Origin: an uncultured Planctomycetota bacterium
GTDB lineage: Bacteria; Planctomycetota; Planctomycetia; Gemmatales; Gemmataceae
Reading direction: 5' to 3'
Assembly: GCA_963849325.1 (NCBI GenBank)
Contig: CAWKHF010000012.1
Span: 1,475,636-1,539,635, forward strand
DNA length: 64,000 nucleotides
The notes under the pieces are model-generated. The model was given only the letters and a program-made list of their open reading frames with translations, did not search any database and had not been told where the DNA came from. Made by a program: the position numbers and the translations under genes. Positions 55,760 to 64,000 of this stretch are shown here, in pieces. The first letter of the stretch is position 1. Each line of letters starts with the position of its first letter.

Positions 55760-56379
55760 CGCAAAACCTTTCCGTGCCGGGTCCAGGGGACCACTCGACC
55801 GCCGGGGCAGGCGGAGCACACGTCCGTCGCAGCCCGCGCGGGGCACTCAACTAAAAACCACCGGAAAAAGCCCGCCCCAACCCACGGGTCGGGACCTGTC
55901 GCGTTGTCAGCACCCTCGGAGGATCGGCGCCCGACGCCGCCGCTCCGCGGTCAGGGCAACATCCCGGCCCGGCTGGACCTGGACCCACCTTCTCGGGATC
56001 TTTCGCAAGGGACTACTCACAAACGGGAGTTACACGCCATCGAAAAATGCTGAGGAGGAAGGGATTGTGCCTCAGGACCGGACTATTGGCTCTCCTAAAA
56101 TCAAACCGGCAACCCTCTCGTACCCGAACGGCATCCTGCCGTATAGCCGCATTATATAGCACGCTCAAGGGAGGATGTAAAGACTTTTTGTCATTTGTCC
56201 GAGCGAGGGTTCATTCGCCCCCGCTTCGGCGGGGCGGCGCGGCCGGCATCCGTGTTCTATAGTTTCGATAGCGTCGAAAACCTTCGATCCGCCCGGAAGC
56301 GGCTGGCAACCGCCATCTTCATCGTCATGAATCACTCCCCTGTCCGTATCGTCGGCAACGGCAGCGCCGTGGAGGACAC

Positions 56380-57705
56380 TTGCGCTCTCCGATTCCTCCG
56401 TTTTCCAGGCCGTCCTCCGTGTCTCGCTCCGGTCCCACTTGCGGGGCGACAGCTCGGACGGTGCCGCGCCCTGCCTGGAAGACCGCGGCCCTGTGCTCGC
56501 TCGCCTTCGTCCTCGTGCTATACAACGCCGTCAACCTGGTCCTCATGATCGCGCTGACGCCGAAGAACGACTTCGGCCGAACCTTTCTCAGCGCCGCCGC
56601 CTTCGTCCACGGCGAGGACATGTACGGTAGGAATCCGTCGATTCCGTGGGAGTTGGAAGACGGCTCGACCATCGACCTGTGGAACCTCAACCCACCACAC
56701 TTCCACCTGCTGCTGTTGCCGCTCGCCTGGTTGCCGGCAGGAGTGGCCCTGGTTCCGTGGCTGTTGGCCAACGCCGTGTGCGGTTACTACAGTCTCCGCA
56801 CGATCGTCCGCGAGGCCGGGCTGACGTTCACGGTCGAACAGCGTCCGCTGGTGCTTCTGGGCCTGCTCGGCTTCATCGGGACCGCCTCGGCCCTGGTGAC
56901 GGGGCACATGTCGTTCCTGCTGTTGGGGCTGGTGACGCTCAGCTGGCACGCCGCCCGGCACGGCCGCTGGACGGTGTCCGGCGTCTGGCTCGGCCTCGCC
57001 CTGGGCGTCAAGCCGTTTCTGCTGTTCCTCGTACCGTACTTCCTTTGGCGACGACAATGGCGAGCGACGGCTGCACTGGCCGTCACGGTGTTGCTCTGCG
57101 CCGCGGCCGGCTTCCTCGTCTTCGGCGCCGACAATCACCGGGCCTGGTGGCACGTGCTGCGGTCGGCCGACAACTGGGCCTGGCTGCCGATGAACGCTTC
57201 GATCCTGGGATTCCTGACCCGGACGTTCAGCACCAATCCGATCTTCACGCCGCTGGCCTCGGCTTCCCCCGACCAACTCCGCGCCGCCTGGCTGAGCGCC
57301 GGCATTCCGATGGGCTTGCTCACCTATGGGGCGGCGTTCCGGGACGGCTCGCGCCGCAGCGTCGATCGCGCCTTCGCCCTGATGCTGGTCGGGTCGCTGC
57401 TGCTGTCGCCGCTGGGCTGGACGTACTATTTCTGGCTGCCCCTGGGACCGATGGCGGTCCTGTGGGCGGATGGGCGGCGTGGCGTCGATGCGGTCCACGG
57501 TCCTGCCTGGACGCGAAGACTGCTGGCGGCGGCGCTGATCGGCCTGCTGTACCCGCTGTGGTTCATCGGTTTCTTCCAACCGATGCGGCTGGGAACGCTC
57601 GTGGTTAGCAGCCTCTACTTCTGGGGTTTGATGTTCGTCTGGCTCGCCCTGCTGCTGGACGGCTTGCGCCATTCGAGCGCGCGGACCCAACTCCTCCGAG
57701 CCTGA
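56380..57705 (+). CDS. GT87/DUF2029-like membrane glycosyltransferase (start uncertain)
   Basis: DF..F, NLNPP...LLL.PL, LA..VKP, NASI.G, LSPLGWTYY; many TM segments. Confidence 0.75.
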   Translation: MRSPIPPFSRPSSVSRSGPTCGATARTVPRPAWKTAALCSLAFVLVLYNAVNLVLMIALTPKNDFGRTFLSAAAFVHGEDMYGRNPSIPWELEDGSTIDLWNLNPPHFHLLLLPLAWLPAGVALVPWLLANAVCGYYSLRTIVREAGLTFTVEQRPLVLLGLLGFIGTASALVTGHMSFLLLGLVTLSWHAARHGRWTVSGVWLGLALGVKPFLLFLVPYFLWRRQWRATAALAVTVLLCAAAGFLVFGADNHRAWWHVLRSADNWAWLPMNASILGFLTRTFSTNPIFTPLASASPDQLRAAWLSAGIPMGLLTYGAAFRDGSRRSVDRAFALMLVGSLLLSPLGWTYYFWLPLGPMAVLWADGRRGVDAVHGPAWTRRLLAAALIGLLYPLWFIGFFQPMRLGTLVVSSLYFWGLMFVWLALLLDGLRHSSARTQLLRA

Positions 57706-57752
57706 AGCGTAAGCGAAGAAAAGGCAATCTTCGCTTACGCTTCAGGCTCGGA
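57695..57752. repeat. REP-like palindrome with 25-bp perfect arms, containing the gene stop codon
   Basis: TCCGAGCCTGAAGCGTAAGCGAAGA ... TCTTCGCTTACGCTTCAGGCTCGGA. Confidence 0.9.
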
Positions 57753-57770
57753 CAACAACAGGACCATGTC

Positions 57771-58574
57771 GTGATCCCGCACTTGCCTCCCCTCGACCCC
57801 GCCGACTATCGCATCAGCGTGGTCCTGCCGGTCTTCTCCGAGACGGACACCGTCCGCCTGATCGCCGACTGGCTCCGCGACCATCTTGGAGGCCGGTTGC
57901 TCGAAATAATCATCGTCATCTCGCCGCGTTCGTCGGCCGAGTCGCGGGCAGTCTGCGACAGTCTGGCCGTCGAGGACGAGCGAATCCAGGTCGTTGTCCA
58001 GCAACAAAATCCCGGCGTCGGCCATGCCTTCCGCGAGGGCTATGCCCGCGTGCGCGGCAACGTGGTCCTGAGCATGGATTCCGACAATGAGATGGAGTTG
58101 GCCGCCATCCCGCGCATGCTCGACAAACTGGCCGAGGGCAATTACGGCCTGGTCGTCGGCGCGCGCTGGCTGCCCGGCGGCGGTTTCGTCGGCTACAGCC
58201 GCTTCAAGCGTTGGCTCAACTGGGGCTTTCAGCAGCTCTTCCGCTGGCTGTCCTGGACGGCGCTGCACGACTTGACCTACGGCTTCAAGGTGCTGCGCGC
58301 CGAGGTGGTACACGGCATCGCCTGGGAGTCCGCGCTGCACGAAATCGGCTGCGAGACGACGCTGAAACCCGTTCGCCTGGGCGTCTCCGTCGCCGAAGTG
58401 CCGAGCACCTGGACGGCGCGGACGCAGGGGCGTTCGACGAACAACTTCTGGCGCAATTTCCGCTACGTGGCGATGGCTGGACGCATTCTCGTTCGCGGCG
58501 TGCCACTCGTCCCCGCCGAACCCACACGTGCATTCGCGCCCTTCTTGACAGGACGCCGATTGGACTTATCCTGA
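57771..58574 (+). CDS. GT2 family glycosyltransferase (DPM1-like)
   Basis: SVVLPVFSE, MDSD (DxD), DLTYGFK, EVP..W..RTQGRS. Confidence 0.88.
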   Translation: MIPHLPPLDPADYRISVVLPVFSETDTVRLIADWLRDHLGGRLLEIIIVISPRSSAESRAVCDSLAVEDERIQVVVQQQNPGVGHAFREGYARVRGNVVLSMDSDNEMELAAIPRMLDKLAEGNYGLVVGARWLPGGGFVGYSRFKRWLNWGFQQLFRWLSWTALHDLTYGFKVLRAEVVHGIAWESALHEIGCETTLKPVRLGVSVAEVPSTWTARTQGRSTNNFWRNFRYVAMAGRILVRGVPLVPAEPTRAFAPFLTGRRLDLS

Positions 58575-58649
58575 ACAGGTTCCTTGCTTTTCCGAACTCT
58601 TTCGCCCATGCCCCTTGAACCGTCGCTCCTCGCGGGACAGGGTGAACGC

Positions 58650-60068
58650 ATGACAACTTCCGCGGATGCGCGACCGTCGGGCGTCCGTCGTCGCCGGCGC
58701 TCCCTGTTGCTGGTCGGCCTTCTCCTGATGGCACTGGCGCTGGCGGGGACAATCCTTTGGCTTGTCCGTCGCCCCGCGGCGACGCTCGTTCCGCCTCCCG
58801 TCCCCAAAGACCAGGCCGAACCGGAGGTCACGGCCTTCATCGAGAAGTCGCGGGAACGTGTCCTCAAGGAGCCGCGCTCCGGGCCGTCCTGGGGCAACCT
58901 GGGGCAAGTGTTCCTCGCCAACGACATGGAAGAGGAAAGTCTGGTTTGCTTCGCCGAGGCCGAGCGCCTCGACCCGAGCAATCCGCGCTGGCCGTACTAT
59001 CAAGGAGGGATATGGCTGAACCGAGGACAGCAGGAAGCGGCCCTGCCCTATTTGGAGCGCGCCGCCGAACGCGGCGCGGTCGCGGACCCGGAGAATCAGG
59101 TGCCGCGCTTATTCCTGGGCGAGACCTTGTTGACGCTGGGGCGAGTGGAGGACGCCGAGGACCAGTTTCGTCAGGTGCAAGCGCGGCAACCGGGTGACCC
59201 GCGAGTCCACTTCGACCTGGCGCTGGCCGCCTCGGCCCGTCAGGACTGGCGAACCAGTCGGGACCATCTCCTCCGCTGTCGGAACAGCCCTTCCGCCCGG
59301 CAGAAGGCCAGCGTTCAACTGGCCGGCGTCTACCAGCGGCTAGGCGAGCCGGCCGAGGCAGAGAAGTACCGTCAGCTGGCGCAGCGCCTGCCGCCCGACG
59401 GGGACTGGAGCGATCCGTACCTGACGGAAGAGCTGCGCTGGGCGGTCAAGAAGAAGAGCCGCTATCGCCTGTCCGAATCGCTGGAAGCGGCCGGGCAGAT
59501 CCGGGAAGCGGCGGCCGTGCTGCAACCCCTGGTCGAGCAATACCCCGACGATTATCTCCCCCGGCTGGCGCTGGGCAAGCTCCTGGCTCAACTCGGCGAA
59601 TACCGGCGGGCGGAGTCGCTGCTCCGGGAGACCCTGCATCTGTCGCCGGACAAGGTGCAAGCCCATTACTACCTCAGCCTGGTCCTCTATAGCCAGGCCG
59701 AGGACGTGCGGAAGAGGGGAGGCGACCGCGATCGGGCCGACAGCCTGTACCGTCAGGCAATGGAAGCTGCTCGGCAAACCCTCGCCGTCAAGCCCGACTA
59801 CGGCTTCGCCTACATGCCCCTGGGGTTGTCCCTGAAACGTCTGGGGCAGCGGCCAGCTGCGCTGGACGCTCTTCGCAAGGCCGTCCATCGCAATCCCGAA
59901 TACGCGGAGCTGCATTTCTATCTCGGCGAGATGCTCGCCGAGGATGGCCTGCGGAGCGAGGCCCGCGAGCAACTCGAACAGGCCGTGCAGATGGCTCCGC
60001 CCAACGCCGACTGGCGTCCGACCGCCCTTGCACTTGTCGCCGCCATGCGTTCCGATTCCGACAAATAA
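58650..60068 (+). CDS. Membrane-anchored TPR protein
   Basis: N-terminal TM segment and repeated TPR signatures. Confidence 0.88.
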   Translation: MTTSADARPSGVRRRRRSLLLVGLLLMALALAGTILWLVRRPAATLVPPPVPKDQAEPEVTAFIEKSRERVLKEPRSGPSWGNLGQVFLANDMEEESLVCFAEAERLDPSNPRWPYYQGGIWLNRGQQEAALPYLERAAERGAVADPENQVPRLFLGETLLTLGRVEDAEDQFRQVQARQPGDPRVHFDLALAASARQDWRTSRDHLLRCRNSPSARQKASVQLAGVYQRLGEPAEAEKYRQLAQRLPPDGDWSDPYLTEELRWAVKKKSRYRLSESLEAAGQIREAAAVLQPLVEQYPDDYLPRLALGKLLAQLGEYRRAESLLRETLHLSPDKVQAHYYLSLVLYSQAEDVRKRGGDRDRADSLYRQAMEAARQTLAVKPDYGFAYMPLGLSLKRLGQRPAALDALRKAVHRNPEYAELHFYLGEMLAEDGLRSEAREQLEQAVQMAPPNADWRPTALALVAAMRSDSDK

Positions 60069-60076
60069 ACCGCGTC

Positions 60077-60539
60077 TTACTTCGTCAGCTTCAAGTCATA
60101 CTGGTCGGGTTTGGGATTGGCGATCACCTCGACCCGCAGCGGCGTATTCTGGGGATCGGAGAACCATGGATTGAAGCCAGCGGCAGGCGCCTTGGCGTCC
60201 CCCGTCGGCACCATGGAAGGGTTCACCGTGACCTTGTATTTCCCCAGTGGCGCTCTCGTCCTTGCCGTCCGTGGTTATCTTGTAAGTGCCGTCGGAGCCT
60301 ATCTGTCCCGCGGAGAGACCGACGGCCGCTGTATCGTCCGCTCCCTTGGCTCCCTCGACCCCGGGCGGGCCGACGTTGGGGATAAAGGCCACGTTGCCGG
60401 CCGTGAGCGATTGTCCGCCGACGGTGACTTTGCCGGAGACGGGGGCAAAAGGTGGCGACTTCTTGCCGCAACCCGGAGCGAGGGAGACGCTGGCGAGAAC
60501 CACAAGGCCAGCCAGCCGCGCCGAAAACAAGTGTTTCAT
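60077..60539 (-). CDS. DUF1559-associated lipoprotein (carboxypeptidase-regulatory-like), frameshift near 60255
   Basis: LAPGC lipobox, VSGKVT..G, GKYKVTV, YDLKLTK*. Confidence 0.8.
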
Positions 60540-60647
60540 GACCATCCTCGAAAGAAGACCAAACGAGCGCGGAGCATCCGCGACGGTCCAGCGTCCGCGA
60601 CGGGTGCGGGTCCGTCGCGGACGCTCCGTCTTAAGGGAAACCGCTTC

Positions 60648-61604
<957 letters not shown>

Positions 61605-61699
61605 AAAAACCTCCCTTCGTAAACGAAAGACGACAAAAGATACCTAAAATGGACGCAGGACTGACTCGGTTCTCGGTTCGGAGTTCCGTTTCCCCTCCT

Positions 61700-63427
61700 T
61701 CATTTCGTGCAAGGACGTCCCTCTCCCTTCCGCAATTCCAGGCGCCGATCGACGGTGTAGCCCTGTCCGCGTTGGTCGAAGAGTTCGCGGCCGCCGTCGG
61801 GCCAGACGATCTCGATGTCGTCCACGCGATCCGCCGCGCCCAGGCCGAAATGGGCGCGAGGTTCGCTGCTGCACAGGTAACTCTCCGACGGGTGCAACGA
61901 GCAGACTCGAACCTGTCCGCCGGCCCGCACCCGTACCAGGGCGCCCAGCGCGTCGCGGTGCAAGGCGGGATCGAAGGCGCGGACTTGCAGCCAGTGGCCG
62001 CGACGCGGGGCCACGTTGCGGTAGAGTCGCGCGGGACCGGCGATGGTCGTCACCAGCAGATCGACCGCCCCGTCGCCGTCGATGTCGCCGCGTACCAGGC
62101 CGCGGGCCACGTTGAGCCGCCCGCAAAACGCCTCATTTTGCCGAGAGATGTTGTCGAAACGCCCCGTGCCGTCGCCGCGGAGGATTTGATTCCGCTCGCC
62201 GTAATGGCTCCAGAATAGCCCCAGCGAGGAGTCCTCCCCCTTCGCCAGGGCAGACACTCGGCCGTTGACAATGGCCAGGTCTAAAGAGCCGTCGCGGTCG
62301 AAATCGGCGAGGATCGTGCCGAAGCCAGTGCCCCGCACCGACGCTTTCAGGAACCCGGCCGGCGCCGATTGGTCGCGGAACAGGCCGGGCGGACCTTGCC
62401 GCCACAGGGTATTGCTCTCCTCGGTCAGGTGGGTAACGAACAGGTCAAGCAGTCCATCGCCGTCCACGTCGCCCAGGGCGATGCCCATGCCGGCCTGAGC
62501 CTGGCCCATGCCGTTGTAAGCGAGGCCGCGCTGGACCGCCTCCTCCTGGAAGGTGCCGTCCTGGTGGTTGATCCACAGGTGGTTTGGCTTGCCGTCGTTG
62601 GCGATGAAGATGTCCGGCCAACCGTCGCCGTCGAAGTCGGCGCACACCACTCCCAGGCCCGGACCCGGCAGTCGGCCCAAGCCCGAGGCTTCCGTGACGT
62701 CCGCGAAACCGTTCCATTTGCCTTGGCCGCCGCGGTTGTGGAATAGCCGGCTGACACGTCCGCGAAACGTCCTCGGCGCGCAGTAGTCCGGTTTCCCATA
62801 CGGATTCGTACACGGCCAGGTCGGGTCGTAATCGACGTAATTGACGAGGACCAGGTCCAGCCAGCCATCGCGGTCGTAATCGAAGAAGGCGGCGGAAGTG
62901 CCCCAACTGGGATTGCTGAGTCCGGCCGCTCCCGTGGCATCCGTGAAGGTGCCGTCGCCGTTGTTGAGGAAGAACTTGACGCCGCGGTACTGGGTGACGA
63001 GCACGTCGGGCCAGCCGTCGTTGTTGATATCACCGACAGCCACGCCCATGTTGTGGCCGGCGATGTCCAGGCCCGAACTCCGACTGACGTCTCGGAAGGT
63101 GCCGTCGGCCATCTGCTGATAGAGGCGATTGGCGGAGCCGGATTTCGGCCCGCCGTTTTGCAGCAGGTACACGTCGAGCCGGCCGTCCTTGTTGAAATCG
63201 AACAGGGCCGCTCCCGAGCCGACCTGCTGGGGCATGAAGTAATCGCCGACGGGACCGGCGTCGTGAACGAAGTGCAGACCCATCTTCTCGGTGACGTCCT
63301 CGAACCAGGAGAGACCGGCGGCGACTTGCGGCTCACTGGCTGGAGAGTCCGTGCGTTGGCATCCCAGTTGCAGGCTGGCCAGTCCCGCGAGGGCCAGGCA
63401 CAGGCACACGAACACGAATCCTCTCAT
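61700..63427 (-). CDS. CRTAC1 family protein (FG-GAP repeats plus ASPIC/UnbV)
   Basis: Repeated D.N.DG..D motifs and AHFGLG...VD.IEIVWPDG. Confidence 0.93.
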   Translation of the reverse strand: MRGFVFVCLCLALAGLASLQLGCQRTDSPASEPQVAAGLSWFEDVTEKMGLHFVHDAGPVGDYFMPQQVGSGAALFDFNKDGRLDVYLLQNGGPKSGSANRLYQQMADGTFRDVSRSSGLDIAGHNMGVAVGDINNDGWPDVLVTQYRGVKFFLNNGDGTFTDATGAAGLSNPSWGTSAAFFDYDRDGWLDLVLVNYVDYDPTWPCTNPYGKPDYCAPRTFRGRVSRLFHNRGGQGKWNGFADVTEASGLGRLPGPGLGVVCADFDGDGWPDIFIANDGKPNHLWINHQDGTFQEEAVQRGLAYNGMGQAQAGMGIALGDVDGDGLLDLFVTHLTEESNTLWRQGPPGLFRDQSAPAGFLKASVRGTGFGTILADFDRDGSLDLAIVNGRVSALAKGEDSSLGLFWSHYGERNQILRGDGTGRFDNISRQNEAFCGRLNVARGLVRGDIDGDGAVDLLVTTIAGPARLYRNVAPRRGHWLQVRAFDPALHRDALGALVRVRAGGQVRVCSLHPSESYLCSSEPRAHFGLGAADRVDDIEIVWPDGGRELFDQRGQGYTVDRRLELRKGEGRPCTK

Positions 63428-63829
63428 CGTGCTTCCTCACCCGTTGCCAGACCGGGGCGATGCGAGTGCTGCTTTGGTTGACCCCAACCGTCCTGGGGCG
63501 GGTGCGGCGCGGAAGGTTCCCAACCGGAGGGGGCGAGGGGCGTGGCGATCCTTATTGGCTGACCAAAGCGAGCGCGAGTCAAGTCTCGCCAGTCCTCACT
63601 GCCCCAGGAGGGGGAGAGACAGTGAAAAATGAGAGACTCGATGAGTACAATTTCATACTTAGCTGTTTGTCAATGACAAATCAAGGAAAAAAAATGAGGA
63701 ATTGCTATCGGCTGCCTCTTGCCTCTTGGCTCGCCGCGCTTCCCCGACACGCGGGTAAGATAAGGGAACGTGCGGGCGGTTTACACTCTCCAGTTCCGCC
63801 GAACACCTGGAGTTGGCCGCGCGGAGGTC

Positions 63830-63857
63830 TTGCCAGCGGCGGCGGAAGCGGTAGAAT
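63830..63857 (+). promoter_or_regulatory. Possible sigma70 promoter for tRNA-Arg
   Basis: TTGCCA-16 nt-TAGAAT. Confidence 0.4.
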
Positions 63858-63964
63858 CGGTCATGTGGACGCCTCGGATGGGTTTCGGGTGTCCAAGCTA
63901 GTGTCAAAGGCAAAATACCCGGACCCGGCGAGGTGTCAAAAAGGTGCTGGGAAATCAGCACGTC

Positions 63965-64000
63965 GCACCTGTAGCTCAACTGGATAGAGCATCGGTCTAC
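63965..64000 (+). tRNA. 5' half of a tRNA, probably Arg(ACG), cut by the window edge
   Basis: GCACCTG-TA-GCTCAACTGGATAGAGC-A-TCGGT-CT-AC...; the third anticodon base is outside the window. Confidence 0.85.

Overview
High-GC Planctomycetota-like DNA, probably Gemmataceae. The assignment rests on DUF1559 prepilin-like genes, CRTAC/ASPIC-UnbV, DUF1080 and Gly-rich RRM genes. Many core genes carry single-base frameshifts, most likely long-read errors. (1) 1-13.5 kb is a decayed island ending at tRNA-Pro(CGG). It holds a dead tyrosine integrase fused to an IS701 remnant, a MITE-like element, many gene fragments, an intact B12 radical SAM gene, and a SEC-C mini-gene with a possible +1 frameshift and attenuator. 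(2) 13.9-37 kb is backbone: RRM, nadA, LOG, histidine kinases, zwf, DedA, cinA, a pseudo-caspase and a PvcA/Dit1-like operon. It is interrupted at 22-24.4 kb by an integrase-less integron-cassette-like array with two attC-like sites, a HigBA-type TA pair and an orphan antitoxin. (3) 37-50 kb is a malQ-treY-treZ / glgE-mak-glgB cluster with no treS. (4) 50-64 kb holds polX, a His/Cys-rich protein, an aminotransferase, a second RRM, glycosyltransferases, a TPR/DUF1559/CRTAC module and the 5' half of tRNA-Arg(ACG). At least four families of intergenic palindromic repeats occur. Family assignments come from motif recognition only; no searches were run.
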